Origin: Verrucomicrobiota bacterium
GTDB lineage: Bacteria > Verrucomicrobiota > Verrucomicrobiia > Verrucomicrobiales > DEV007
Length of the DNA: 46,021 nt
Assembly (NCBI GenBank): GCA_045046875.1
Contig: JASFYY010000091.1
Span: forward strand, 1-46,021
Reading direction: 5' to 3'
Shown: one piece after another, positions 35,432 through 45,746 of the stretch
Position numbering within the stretch: the first letter of the stretch is position 1
Layout: each line of letters starts with the position of its first letter
Program-made: the position numbers and the translations under genes
Notes under the pieces: model-generated
What the model was told of the DNA's origin: nothing
The model's database searches: none
The model's input: the letters and a program-made list of their open reading frames with translations, nothing else

Positions 35432-37711
35432 TCACTTCAGCAAAAACTGTAGCCATGATTTCTGCGCGTCCTTTCCATCCCCTTGGTAGAGCTTCAGTGC
35501 ATCTGCAGCACCGGCTGTGGCAAAGGTTGTTTTCAGTTGTACTTGTAGCTCTTTATCTTTATCCATCAGCCACAATTTCTGCGGGGCGTTGAGGGTCAAA
35601 AAAGCAGCAACGTCTCCGTATTTGACCACGCCGGGTAGGAAATTTTGATCAAATGATGAATCCAGCTTGGCAAAACGAAAGCCATCGGTGATCACCACAT
35701 TTCTACCAACCGCTGGCCCCGCTACAGCCGCCGCCGCTGCGACCCACTGCCCCGCCCCTTCTAAACCTACAAGATCAACGGATTTGACTTCCCACTTCTT
35801 GTGGTTTTTCACAAAAGCGATGCACGTCAGGATGTCGTGCACCCGGCGTGAAAACAGTGAATCATTGTAACCGTAATTATAAACTCCCGACAGCCGCCAC
35901 TGTTGATCCGGTTTTTCAGTTTTACCAGGATACTGGACTCGTGAATTTTCTGAAGACTTCTCCCCCGCCTTGAGGAATTCTCCCTGACGAAATAAATCGG
36001 CACTCATCACGCCTACGCCCTGGTCGATCAGTTTTTTCACCGCTGCATTGAGTTGGCCATCAGCTTGATAGAGCCCCGATTTGCCCTGGGGGAAAAACCA
36101 CAGCACGATTTGCCCTTGCCATTGATTAGGTTGCACAAAAGCAGCAGGAATTTCTTCGCCGTGTTTGCTGTTGCGAATCAAACCGCTCAACTCCATGTAA
36201 GCGTTTTGCTGCTTTTTATCTTTCAACTCAAACTCCACCTCAGAGCCCGGCGGCAAGCTGCGACCGATCATGATATCCACTGCACCGCCGATGATTTTTT
36301 GCGCTTTGGCCAGGTCTTCTTTATTCTTCGCCGCTAACAAGGGCTCCATTTGTTTTTTGGCATTATTGGTGAACCAACGGCAAACCGCGCGTTCGTGTTC
36401 GTCGCCGACTTGATCCCCGGAGGGCGCCGGATGTTTTGCATCCCACACGGTGAGATCCGGTTTTAATAAAACGCTGAAATCGCGTTCCAATACCGGCGAT
36501 TCCAATCCCAGTTCGAAGTGGCGATTAACAAATTGATACATTTGAGTTCGCGACAGATGATTGTAGTTATGCTTGAACCAGGTATTGATATGCGCCTCGA
36601 ATTTGCCTTTGGCACCGGCCAGTTCGTAGAGCTTCATCAGATCCGGCACGCCTTCAGTCGCCAGGTCGATGGTCCAGTCATCGGCTGCAGTGATACCTAA
36701 CGGACGAGGCGCAACTGCTGCTGCGATGTCGATGTTGCCCTGCCCGATGCGCAGGTAAAATCCGTTTTCCCCAGTGCAACCTCCCTGCATAGCGGTGGAT
36801 ACCATCACAGCGGGAAAGGCAGCAGCAACTCGCTCATCAATGGCCGAGATCATCATCGTCTGAGTAGCACCCCCGCTGGCTCCGGTGACTAGGATGCGCT
36901 TGGCATCCACTTGATCCTGGTCGAGCAGGAAGTCCAGTGCTCTTACACTGTTCCAAGTCTGAAGACCAAAGTTAGTTTGCAAACGCGCCTCGGCCTGGGG
37001 ACTGACAAACCCCCACTTGCCGACTTCGGGATGGTTCATTTTCTCTCGCGGGCCACGGCGGTGTTCGAGAAATTGGTTAGAATCCGAGTTGCCGATCATG
37101 TCATATTGAAAGACCACCAAACCCATACGCGCCAACTGCACACAACGTGCTTGATAATGATTTTGGGCACCGCTATCAAATCTTTCGCCGCCAATTTCGA
37201 TCAATTTTTCCCGCTGTTTTTCATCTAGATCATAAAAACGCGCATTTTCCCAATGACCATGAGGACATAGTGCCCCGGGTCGTTTGCCGTTTTTCACCCC
37301 ATTCTTGAGCGAGTCGCCACTTGGACGATAAAGATTACCCGTAACGAAATGGCCCGGCAGGGATTCGAAATATACTTTTTCAACGCTGTAATCTCCCATT
37401 TCCTTTTTACCATGCACCACCGCGTTGAGGGGAGTTTTCTCAGGCATTGGCCATAAGCCGGCAGAGACTTTGATCCGCCGCTTGATTTGCTCTTGGCGAT
37501 GTGCCCACTCTGCGGTAGTGCTAACCTGGGTAAAGGGAAAATAATCGTGTAAAGTCCGCGGTTCCGCTAGGCGTTTGTCTTTGGGTAGTTCTCCTTGAGA
37601 AAAAATACGGGGTGGTTCTGCACGTGAAGCGGGAATGCTGAATAAAACAGCCAATACAAGCAGCAGGAAAAAACGGCAAGTTGAGGATGGAGCTTGAATA
37701 ATAGAATTCAT
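35432..37711 (-). CDS. Secreted alpha/beta-hydrolase (acetylxylan esterase-like), two hydrolase domains
   Basis: Signal peptide; VEKVYFESLPG, CPHGH, RALDFL and GASGG nucleophile elbow; second domain with RRVHDIL and VGLEGAG. Confidence 0.8.
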   Translation of the reverse strand: MNSIIQAPSSTCRFFLLLVLAVLFSIPASRAEPPRIFSQGELPKDKRLAEPRTLHDYFPFTQVSTTAEWAHRQEQIKRRIKVSAGLWPMPEKTPLNAVVHGKKEMGDYSVEKVYFESLPGHFVTGNLYRPSGDSLKNGVKNGKRPGALCPHGHWENARFYDLDEKQREKLIEIGGERFDSGAQNHYQARCVQLARMGLVVFQYDMIGNSDSNQFLEHRRGPREKMNHPEVGKWGFVSPQAEARLQTNFGLQTWNSVRALDFLLDQDQVDAKRILVTGASGGATQTMMISAIDERVAAAFPAVMVSTAMQGGCTGENGFYLRIGQGNIDIAAAVAPRPLGITAADDWTIDLATEGVPDLMKLYELAGAKGKFEAHINTWFKHNYNHLSRTQMYQFVNRHFELGLESPVLERDFSVLLKPDLTVWDAKHPAPSGDQVGDEHERAVCRWFTNNAKKQMEPLLAAKNKEDLAKAQKIIGGAVDIMIGRSLPPGSEVEFELKDKKQQNAYMELSGLIRNSKHGEEIPAAFVQPNQWQGQIVLWFFPQGKSGLYQADGQLNAAVKKLIDQGVGVMSADLFRQGEFLKAGEKSSENSRVQYPGKTEKPDQQWRLSGVYNYGYNDSLFSRRVHDILTCIAFVKNHKKWEVKSVDLVGLEGAGQWVAAAAAVAGPAVGRNVVITDGFRFAKLDSSFDQNFLPGVVKYGDVAAFLTLNAPQKLWLMDKDKELQVQLKTTFATAGAADALKLYQGDGKDAQKSWLQFLLK

Positions 37712-37818
37712 GTAAGGGTTACAGGGGTTTAATGATAAATGACACCTCGTTTCTCTAGTATTGCAAATAGTGAAAATTTGTGTTTTTCTATTTTATGCTT
37801 TCACTGCCTGCCCCTCCG

Positions 37819-38517
37819 ATGAAATCCCGTCTCACCTTGTGGGTACTGTTATTATGCTCCAGTCTGCTTTTTTCCTGCACTACTTCCGGGGGCAGGACCC
37901 CACGTAAAGCCAAAGCATGGGAATCGGCTCTTGGTTCGGTTCCGAAGACAAAAATTTCACCCCAGCAGTTGTCCAAATCAGTAAATGTGAGACGCAGCTA
38001 CATACCCCGGGGGCGCTACGGGCGGCGCAAACACCGTCCGATGAAACCCACTTACATCACCATCCATAGCACTCAGAATTACACCGGCGATGCCTGGGCC
38101 CATGCCAAGGCTTTACGGCGAGGCGCTTTGCGCGGTGGTACGATCGGTTATCTGTGCTGGCATTTCACCGTGCAGGATGATGTGGTGGTGCAGCACATCC
38201 CCACCAGCGAACGAGGCGAGCATGCAGACTTCGACGGGCCGGGTAATCGCAAATCCATTGCCATCGAAATGTGTGAGCACCGTGGCAACAGTCAGGCTCA
38301 GACCTTGGAACGCACCGCTAAATTGACCGCATCCTTGATGTACCATCACAAGATCCCCCTTTCCCATGTGGTGCCGCACTACCACTGGCCGCGTGCTGGT
38401 TATTCAACTCCGCACAAAAATTGTCCGCATTATCTATTAGAGAACGGAAGACCGGGACCCACTTGGGAGTGGTTCAAACGGCGCGTAGGAGAACACTACA
38501 AACGCATATCCGCTTAA
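37819..38517 (+). CDS. N-acetylmuramoyl-L-alanine amidase (Amidase_2), probable lipoprotein
   Basis: Lipobox-like LLFSC; ITIHST, WHFTV, EHA, SIAIEMC, VVPH and KNCP (His/His/Cys Zn ligands). Confidence 0.88.
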   Translation: MKSRLTLWVLLLCSSLLFSCTTSGGRTPRKAKAWESALGSVPKTKISPQQLSKSVNVRRSYIPRGRYGRRKHRPMKPTYITIHSTQNYTGDAWAHAKALRRGALRGGTIGYLCWHFTVQDDVVVQHIPTSERGEHADFDGPGNRKSIAIEMCEHRGNSQAQTLERTAKLTASLMYHHKIPLSHVVPHYHWPRAGYSTPHKNCPHYLLENGRPGPTWEWFKRRVGEHYKRISA

Positions 38518-38548
38518 TGCGCTTAATGGCCGTGGCCCTAATCTCAGA

Positions 38549-38845
38549 CTATTCAGGTTTGGGCTTTTTCGTACGATGGGCAGGTTTGGCGAGGATTTCT
38601 ATGTAAAAAGATTCCAGTTTTTGTTCTTCGGCGGCATTGATACATTTGCCTATTTCCGCCATGTGGACCACTTCGGCTGCTGCGCTATCAGCACCGAATT
38701 TACAATCAAAGTCCCAAAAATCGGCGCCTTCAGGCAGTACCTTATTACGTTCCCGCTTGATGTATTTTTTGACGTCACGTCGGACCGCTTCCACCATACG
38801 AGCTGCTTTGATTTTCGGGTGGGTTAAGTTGAATGTTTTTTTCAT
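38549..38845 (-). CDS. DUF6172-family small protein
   Basis: MKKTF.L......R..EA...VKKYIKRER.K.LPEG.DFWDFDCKFG...FYIEILAKP signature. Confidence 0.75.
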   Translation of the reverse strand: MKKTFNLTHPKIKAARMVEAVRRDVKKYIKRERNKVLPEGADFWDFDCKFGADSAAAEVVHMAEIGKCINAAEEQKLESFYIEILAKPAHRTKKPKPE

Positions 38846-39032
38846 AATGCTCGGCGAGTATTTATCACCGTGATTTTTAAGCTTGTTTGCAACGATTACT
38901 CGTGAATTTCATGAGACCGTCAGGATATTTCTCTTTCGTTGATGAACCTTGTCAGCGCAAGTGGCAGATATAACTTGCCTGTTTGCATAGGCGAAGTTGA
39001 TATTGCTGGAACATCCTATTTTCCCATTAAAA

Positions 39033-39920
39033 ATGATTTTGCCCACAATATTACGTAAAAAACTGATTGCCCTGACTGTCTTTGCCGTTTGTATGCTTTC
39101 TGCCAGTGCGCTTCCAGCGAAAGATGAGACCCCCTCTATCACGGTAAGCGAAAAACAGCAGCCGTTTTCTTTTGTGCAAATGTGCGACACCCAACTGGGT
39201 ATGGGCGGCTATGAACATGATGTGCAAACCTTCAAGGCTGCGGTTAAACAGATCAATGCACTGAAGGCTGATTTTGTTGTGATTTGTGGGGATTTGGTTA
39301 ACAAGGCCGATGACAAATCATTTGCAGATTTCAATTCAATAAAAAAAGATTTTGTGCTGCCGTGTTATTGCGCCCCGGGTAACCATGATGTAGAGAATCA
39401 GGCGACAGCAGAAAGTTTGCGAATTTACAGGGAAAAAATCGGTAAGGATTATTATTCGATTGAGCATAAGGGTTATACGGTTGTAGTAGCTAATACCCAA
39501 TTGTGGAAAGCTCCGGTTAAAGATGAATCACAAAAGCATGACGCGTGGTTCACTCAAACCCTGATCGACGCCAAAAGAAAAAAATCACCCGTCATTATCG
39601 TTGTTCATTATCCTTTATTTGTCACGACCCCAGATGAAGCCGAGGGTTATTTTAATTTGCCTCCGGCAAAGAGGAAGCAGATCCTCGATCTTTGTGTGGA
39701 GAACGGAGTGGTCGCGTTTTTAGCCGGGCATACCCACAAACAGATCACCAACGAATACAAAGGCATACAATTAGTAAACGGAGAAACTACCAGCAAGAAC
39801 TTTGATAAACGGCCAATGGGTTTCCGTTTATGGACAGTGGATGGTAATAAAAATATGAAACACCAGTTTGTGGAGGTGAAAGGATTCCGACAGCCTGTTG
39901 TCAAACAGGGCGAAAAATAA
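39033..39920 (+). CDS. Secreted calcineurin-like metallophosphoesterase
   Basis: DTQLG, GDLV, PGNHD, VHYP and AGHTH motifs; signal peptide. Confidence 0.9.
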   Translation: MILPTILRKKLIALTVFAVCMLSASALPAKDETPSITVSEKQQPFSFVQMCDTQLGMGGYEHDVQTFKAAVKQINALKADFVVICGDLVNKADDKSFADFNSIKKDFVLPCYCAPGNHDVENQATAESLRIYREKIGKDYYSIEHKGYTVVVANTQLWKAPVKDESQKHDAWFTQTLIDAKRKKSPVIIVVHYPLFVTTPDEAEGYFNLPPAKRKQILDLCVENGVVAFLAGHTHKQITNEYKGIQLVNGETTSKNFDKRPMGFRLWTVDGNKNMKHQFVEVKGFRQPVVKQGEK

Positions 39921-39974
39921 GCCTTCGCATACAGCTTATTGCTAGTTCTGAAAATTCGTGTTACTGGTTTTGCC

Positions 39975-40676
39975 ATGAAATTATTCAAACATTCATTTTT
40001 AGTGGCCGCCCTGGTGACATCGATTGCTTCTAGCTCAGTCAAGGCGGATGACGCCGCAAATACACTTAGCGCTGATGAAAAAAAAGCCGGTTGGACACTT
40101 CTTTTTGACGGCAAGGATGCCAGCTCACATTGGCGCAACTTCAAAAAAGAAAGCATCAGTGATGGTTGGAAAATCGAAAACGGGGAACTCATTCGTTTTG
40201 CCAAAGGCGCGGGTGATATCATTACCAAAAAACAATTTGAAGCTTTTGAGTTCACTGTGGATTTCAAAATTTCCAAAGGTGGTAACAGCGGTTTGATGTT
40301 TCACGTCACCGAGGAAGAATCTACCCCATGGCGCACAGGAGCGGAAGTTCAGATCCAGGACAACGTCGATGGACACGATCCCCAGAAAGCCGGTTGGCTC
40401 TATCAACTTTACCAAGCGGACATCGACGCCACCAAGCCAGCCGGTGAGTGGAATACCTTACGTATTCTGATCACTCCGGAAAAGTGTGTGCACTGGATGA
40501 ATGGAAAAAAATATGTGCAGTATGTCAAAGGCTCGAAAGATTGGGATGAAAAAGTTGCCGCCAGTAAATTCTCAAAATTCCCTAAATTTGGTAAAGCCAC
40601 TAAAGGCCATATCTGCCTGCAGGATCACAACAACCTGGTTTCTTTCCGCAATATCAAAATTCGTGAGGTGAAATAA
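39975..40676 (+). CDS. DUF1080 (3-keto-disaccharide hydrolase family) secreted protein
   Basis: NTLS..EKKAGWTLLFDG, GNSGLMF, EVQIQD, GEWNTLRI and GHICLQDH...VSFRNIKIR. Confidence 0.9.
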   Translation: MKLFKHSFLVAALVTSIASSSVKADDAANTLSADEKKAGWTLLFDGKDASSHWRNFKKESISDGWKIENGELIRFAKGAGDIITKKQFEAFEFTVDFKISKGGNSGLMFHVTEEESTPWRTGAEVQIQDNVDGHDPQKAGWLYQLYQADIDATKPAGEWNTLRILITPEKCVHWMNGKKYVQYVKGSKDWDEKVAASKFSKFPKFGKATKGHICLQDHNNLVSFRNIKIREVK

Positions 40677-40701
40677 ATCCCAACAGATTATTATTATTTT
40701 C

Positions 40702-40737
40702 ACAAAGGCGGCATCGACGATGCCGCCTTTGTTGTTT
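40702..40737 (+). terminator. Intrinsic terminator after the DUF1080 gene
   Basis: Perfect inverted repeat ACAAAGGCGGCATCG-A-CGATGCCGCCTTTGT followed by TGTTT. Confidence 0.8.
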
Positions 40738-40781
40738 GATAGCGGTTGCATTTACCGGATTACGAAGCAGTTTTCTTTTCT

Positions 40782-41243
40782 ATGAGCAACATTCTTGAAA
40801 TCTGCCAAAACCTGCCTCAGCAACGATTTGAAGAAGGCGAAACCATCATTCATGAAGAAGTCCGGGATGGTCGCCTTTTTGTTTTGAAAGAAGGTTCGGT
40901 TGAAATCCTGAAAAAGGGAGTGCGGATCAATACGGTTTCATCCAAGGGTGTGGTACTGGGGGAAGTTTCTTTTTTGTTGGATCGTCCGCATATCACTTCG
41001 GTCAAAGCCTTGGAGCCTTGTCAGTGTTATGTTTGTGACGACCCGCTGGAGTTTTTGACTGCCCACCCGGAAATGAATCTCTACATCGCTCGAATGTTGG
41101 CCAATCGCTTGAATGCGGTGACTGAATATCTTGTTGAGTTGTCGGATCAAGTTGATGAAAACAATGCAGACAGTGCCGACAGCGGCATAGCCGATGCTGT
41201 GCTCAAGAGCATCATGCAGCATTATTCCAACAAATCCCTCTAA
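40782..41243 (+). CDS. Stand-alone cyclic nucleotide-binding domain protein
   Basis: F..GETIIHE....GRLFVL.EGSVEI, G.VLGEVSFL and TSVKAL; no HTH visible. Confidence 0.85.
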   Translation: MSNILEICQNLPQQRFEEGETIIHEEVRDGRLFVLKEGSVEILKKGVRINTVSSKGVVLGEVSFLLDRPHITSVKALEPCQCYVCDDPLEFLTAHPEMNLYIARMLANRLNAVTEYLVELSDQVDENNADSADSGIADAVLKSIMQHYSNKSL

Positions 41244-41274
41244 GGACCGCGACCCTAAGCTGCCGCCCCTGCTG

Positions 41275-42189
41275 ATGAAAATCCAGAGCCGCTTGTTGCC
41301 TTTTTACGCCTTGATCTGCGCTTTACTGTGGGGCACGGCTTTTCCTGCAATCAAATACGTTTATCGTATTTGGCCAGAAAGCCAGCAATGGGATAGTAGA
41401 ATGCTATTTGCCGGTATTCGCTTCATGGTCGCAGGTTTAATTTTGATGCCCTTGGTTCGTCGTGGTGGACTTCTCAAACAATTAAAAAAAGCGAACCTTC
41501 GTTTGTTGCTGGCATTAGCCCTAACCCAGACTTTTGCCCAGTATTTGTTTTTTTATATGGGACTGTCGCTTTCAAGCGGAGTGCTAGGAGCCTTAATGAT
41601 TTCCTGCGGTAGTTTCTGGTGGATTTTGTTATCACCGCTGCTGCTAAAAACACCCAAACCTGATGCCCACCACTGGGCAATGTTATTATTCTGTGCTTTA
41701 GGTATCGTGGTAGCTGTTTACAAACCGGGTATCGGCAGCGGATCTCCATTATTGGGAGCACTTTGTTTTTTGGCTGCGACGCTGAACGGTGCCCTTGGCT
41801 TGATCATACTCAAACCCCTGCACCGCACACTGGATAGCGCCACGGCGACTGCTTTTTCTTTATTCATTGGGGGAGTATTGTTGGTCACCGCAGGCAGCCG
41901 CGCATTGCCAGAACTTGGTGTTTTTTTAAACCCTCGATTGGCAGGCATGACCTTGTATCTGGCTTTTGTTTCCGCCGCCGCCTTTGTATTATGGAACCGA
42001 CTAGCACGGGAGTTTTCCATAAACATCCTCGCCGGTTACCGTTTTTTGATACCTCTGGCAGGTATTACCCTATCGTCCTTGCTGATCCCAAACGAAAAAC
42101 CCGGGACAGGCATCTATCTGGGAGCAGTGCTGATTCTAGGATCCTTGTTTTATGTGAATTACGTGGATCGTAAATCAACCGTGAGCTGA
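41275..42189 (+). CDS. DMT/EamA-family transporter
   Basis: About 10 TM helices; LLWGTAFPAIK, FAGIRF.VAG, QYLFFY.GL and FLIP..G..LS motifs. Confidence 0.88.
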   Translation: MKIQSRLLPFYALICALLWGTAFPAIKYVYRIWPESQQWDSRMLFAGIRFMVAGLILMPLVRRGGLLKQLKKANLRLLLALALTQTFAQYLFFYMGLSLSSGVLGALMISCGSFWWILLSPLLLKTPKPDAHHWAMLLFCALGIVVAVYKPGIGSGSPLLGALCFLAATLNGALGLIILKPLHRTLDSATATAFSLFIGGVLLVTAGSRALPELGVFLNPRLAGMTLYLAFVSAAAFVLWNRLAREFSINILAGYRFLIPLAGITLSSLLIPNEKPGTGIYLGAVLILGSLFYVNYVDRKSTVS

Positions 42190-42198
42190 CATTCCGGG

Positions 42199-43065
42199 TC
42201 ATAAACAGCAGTCTTTTAGCCAGCTTTGATAAGCCGCTTGATAATTGGCCTCGAATTGTTTCTGCGGAGAAAAAAACCGCGGCCGGGGGGTGAGGGTGTG
42301 GTGCACGATTACACGTTTGCCAGCGGCTTCTGCCGCCGCAATACGCGAAGCATCGAGTTCTTTGTGTACTATTTGATGAGCCGCTGCCCAACAGGAAATA
42401 AAATTTGAGTATTTGTAATCTTCTCCGCCCACAGGAGGATCAAAATCAATGTTGTGGATAAGAATTGTATCGATGTCGGGATCGTCGATCCATTGCCGAA
42501 AGGGTGCACCGTCGGTAAAACCTCCGTCGAGGTAAGAGTTGCCGTCGATCATCTGGGCACGAATGATCGGGCTGACCGCACAAGAAGCGATCACATAGGA
42601 GGCGATCTCTCCAGTGGAAATAATCTGCCCTTGCATGCGGGTGATATTGGTTACGGCGATGGAGAGCTCAGCCTGTTGGCAATTCTCGATTTGTGATTCC
42701 GGAAGCTTGTCTCGCAGATAATTGATCGCCTTTTTACCCCTGAGCACCCCCTGACCACGATAAAATCCAAAAACCGCGGGCGCTCGAAAAAAAGAGCTCC
42801 ATTCCCAGAATGCATTGATTAGTTTTTTGTTCAAGACAAAATCACGCAGTTGTTTTTGTTCCAAACCGCCGGCATAAGCTGCAGCCACCAGGGCACCAGA
42901 AGAAGATCCCGATATTTTGTCAGGTCGGATGCCGGAATCCAGCAAAGAATTGATAAAACCGGCGTGGCTAGCAAAACCCAGAAAAGATGACTGCAGAGCC
43001 ACCGCTACACGACCGGGCTGGGCGCTTGCCATAGATTTGGACTTAAGAACGTCCTCGGGGCTCAT
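42199..43065 (-). CDS. Patatin-like phospholipase
   Basis: H.G, GSSSG (GxSxG), ASCA.SP and LDGG motifs. Confidence 0.85.
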   Translation of the reverse strand: MSPEDVLKSKSMASAQPGRVAVALQSSFLGFASHAGFINSLLDSGIRPDKISGSSSGALVAAAYAGGLEQKQLRDFVLNKKLINAFWEWSSFFRAPAVFGFYRGQGVLRGKKAINYLRDKLPESQIENCQQAELSIAVTNITRMQGQIISTGEIASYVIASCAVSPIIRAQMIDGNSYLDGGFTDGAPFRQWIDDPDIDTILIHNIDFDPPVGGEDYKYSNFISCWAAAHQIVHKELDASRIAAAEAAGKRVIVHHTLTPRPRFFSPQKQFEANYQAAYQSWLKDCCL

Positions 43066-43086
43066 TTTTCTAGTAAAAAGGGGAAA

Positions 43087-44397
43087 CTAAACATTCATCA
43101 AGTCCTCGATCTCTTCGGGTTCGATCGGAATGTGTGCCATGAGATCAACGTTACCGGATTCTTTTACTACTATGTTGTTCTCCAAGCGCACACCGATTTT
43201 TTCTTCACGAATGTAAATGCCAGGCTCCACGGTGACAATCATGCCTTCTTGGAACTCAGGATCAACCGGGGTCACATCATGCACATCGAGCCCTAGTGAA
43301 TGCGATACTCCATGCATGAAATACTGACGATAAGATTTTTGTTCTTCTTTTAAACCCGCCTGCTTTTGTTCAAGAGCGACTTGTTCTGCATCGAGTAAAT
43401 CAAGATCGAGTAATTCTTTTTCGACAATTTGAGCGACTTGGTTTTGGTAGTCTTTGACTTTGACTCCGGGTTTGATCAAGTCATCGATACAGCTACGCAG
43501 GGTGCGGTGAACCGCATTATAAACAGCATGTTGTCGTTTGGTGAAGCGTCCGTTTACAGGTACGGCTCGAGTCATGTCTGCATTGTAATTGGCAAACTCG
43601 GCTCCGACATCCATTAATAACATATCCCCATCATTACAGCATTGATCGTTGCTCAGATAATGCAAAACGCAGGCATTTGAGCCTGAAGCTATGATCGGTC
43701 GGTAGGCGAAGTCATTGGAACCAGCACGTAGAAACTCATGTGCGTATTCGGCTTCAACTTGATACTCCATTACGCCTGGTTTCAACCAATTGAGAACCCG
43801 TAAAAACCCAGCTTGGGTGATGTCGCAGGCTTTCTGAGTCAGTGCAACTTCCACCTCTGACTTGATCACCCGCAACTGGTGCAAAAGCGGCGCTGAGCGC
43901 AAATAATTATGCTTAGGAAATAGAGATTGACAATGTTTACGAAAACGATCATCGGCGGTTTCTACAGCAGAGGCGGCGCGTCCGTGTTCGTTGTAATTGA
44001 GATAAATATTTTCGCTTTGCCGCACTAACTTGCGAAGAAAATGATCGAGCTGATCCAACCACTGCACTTGAGTAATGCCGGATACAACTTGCGCTTGTTG
44101 TTTGTTTAGTTTTTGGCCGTCCCAGATAGCGATGCGATCGGAAGTTTCTTTGACAAAAATAATCTCTCGATTCTTAGCATCCGGGGCATCCGGAAAAAGA
44201 ATCAGCACGGATTCTGCTTGATCGATACCGGACAGGTAAAACAAATCACTGTTCTGAATATAACGACCGGTGCCGTCAGCAGAAAGCGGCGGGGTATCGG
44301 CAGAATTAAAAATAGCTAGCGACCCGCGCTCGAGTCGACTTGCAAATCGAGCGCGGTTATCGATAAACAGATTGGGATCGATGGGGGGGTATCTCAT
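43087..44397 (-). CDS. pepP: Xaa-Pro aminopeptidase (M24B)
   Basis: N-terminal AMP_N (QNSDLFYLSGI), LRVIKS..E, NACVLHY, MDVGAE...YNADMTR, HGVSHSLGLDVHD, TVEPGIY and GVRLENN. Confidence 0.9.
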   Translation of the reverse strand: MRYPPIDPNLFIDNRARFASRLERGSLAIFNSADTPPLSADGTGRYIQNSDLFYLSGIDQAESVLILFPDAPDAKNREIIFVKETSDRIAIWDGQKLNKQQAQVVSGITQVQWLDQLDHFLRKLVRQSENIYLNYNEHGRAASAVETADDRFRKHCQSLFPKHNYLRSAPLLHQLRVIKSEVEVALTQKACDITQAGFLRVLNWLKPGVMEYQVEAEYAHEFLRAGSNDFAYRPIIASGSNACVLHYLSNDQCCNDGDMLLMDVGAEFANYNADMTRAVPVNGRFTKRQHAVYNAVHRTLRSCIDDLIKPGVKVKDYQNQVAQIVEKELLDLDLLDAEQVALEQKQAGLKEEQKSYRQYFMHGVSHSLGLDVHDVTPVDPEFQEGMIVTVEPGIYIREEKIGVRLENNIVVKESGNVDLMAHIPIEPEEIEDLMNV

Positions 44398-44404
44398 ATA
44401 ATTA

Positions 44405-45634
44405 TCAGGTGTCGATGGTATAGATAAACATGCCTGAGCGCAATTTGGGTTCGAACCAGGTGGATTTGGGAGCCATGATCTGGTCGGCATCGGAGATGGC
44501 TATCAGTTGATCGATGCTAACAGGGTAAAGCGAGAATGCCACCCCTTGTTGATTGGTGTTGACCAATTTTTCAAGTTCACCGGTTCCGCGAATGCCTCCG
44601 ACAAAGCTGATCCGGGTGCTGGTGCGTGGATCGTCAATAGCCAACAGCGGTGTGAGGATTTGGTCCTGGAGAATAGAAACGTCAAGTTGAGCGACCGGGT
44701 CATCGGAGCCGGCGGATGGTAAAGTCAGGTTGTACCATTGTTCGCCAAGAAACATGCACACCTGCCCTGCCGTGCTGGGTTCGCTTTGTTCGTCGCAAGT
44801 TTTGACATCGCAAATTTTGCCGATTTTTTCCAACAGCTCTTCGGCATCCAGTCCGTTGAGGTCATGCACGTAGCGGTTGTAAGAAAGGATGTTGAGTTGA
44901 CTGGAAGGAAACAACACGGTGAGGAACCAGTTGTAGCTTTCACTGCCGTCGTGATCCAGATTGGCTGCAGCACGCTCCCGTCCAACACGCGCTGCGCTGG
45001 CGGTGCGGTGATGCCCGTCGGCAACATAAGCAAGTGGTACGTTTTCAAAAGCGGTGGTGATGTCATCTCCGCCTACGATGCGCCATGCGGTGTGAATCAC
45101 TCCGCTCTCGTCAGTGGTGACCATGTCGGGCTTTTGCCCGCTGGTGATTTTTTCTACCAGAGCATCAATAGCCGCGTCATCTTTGTAAGTGAGAAAAACC
45201 GGTCCAATGTGGGCATTAAGTGTGCTGGCCAGCAGAGTGCGGTCATTTTCCTTATCCGGCCGGGTCTTTTCGTGTTTGCGAATGACGTTGTTGGCGTAGT
45301 CGTCGATGTGGCAGGCGAGGGTGATACCGGTCTGCACATGATCACCCATTTGCTGACGATAAACATAGACGCAATCCTGTGGCTCACGGATCAGAGCTCC
45401 ATCGGCCTGAAGTTTCTGTAAATTCTCTGCAGCGCGCTGATAGAGTTCGTCGGGAGTAGGGCTGCTTCCTTCCGGAAAATCGATCTCCGGACGGCTGACG
45501 TGTAGCAAACTATGGGTTTTGCCCTCGGCAAGTGCGGCTGCCTCTTTGGAATTCACCACGTCATAAGGTACGGCGGGAACTTCATCGATATAGCCAGGAG
45601 CGGGAACTAGGGCGGGAAAAGCTTTGGTTTTCAT
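44405..45634 (-). CDS. DUF1015 family protein
   Basis: PYDVVN, IRKHEKTRPDKE.DR, YVADGHHRTASA, ISFVGGIRG and M.PKSTWFEPKLRSG. Confidence 0.9.
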   Translation of the reverse strand: MKTKAFPALVPAPGYIDEVPAVPYDVVNSKEAAALAEGKTHSLLHVSRPEIDFPEGSSPTPDELYQRAAENLQKLQADGALIREPQDCVYVYRQQMGDHVQTGITLACHIDDYANNVIRKHEKTRPDKENDRTLLASTLNAHIGPVFLTYKDDAAIDALVEKITSGQKPDMVTTDESGVIHTAWRIVGGDDITTAFENVPLAYVADGHHRTASAARVGRERAAANLDHDGSESYNWFLTVLFPSSQLNILSYNRYVHDLNGLDAEELLEKIGKICDVKTCDEQSEPSTAGQVCMFLGEQWYNLTLPSAGSDDPVAQLDVSILQDQILTPLLAIDDPRTSTRISFVGGIRGTGELEKLVNTNQQGVAFSLYPVSIDQLIAISDADQIMAPKSTWFEPKLRSGMFIYTIDT

Positions 45635-45746
45635 AAAATTTATCTGTTAACTGCGTTGCAATAGCGTGTTTATAAGGCCTGATCAGCTAATTTTTAAGGG
45701 GAAAAACGCAATGAGCAAACTTTTTTGAAAAAATACACCTTTTAGC

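Noticed and set aside
40782..43065. cNMP-binding protein near a patatin as a possible CBASS/Pycsar-type defence system
   Set aside because: No cyclase or CD-NTase nearby; the genes are on opposite strands, separated by a DMT transporter, in a housekeeping context.
44738..45421. 227-aa ORF antisense to DUF1015; similar antisense ORFs at 6285-6902 and 39647-40276
   Set aside because: They overlap well-supported genes on the opposite strand and show no family signal.
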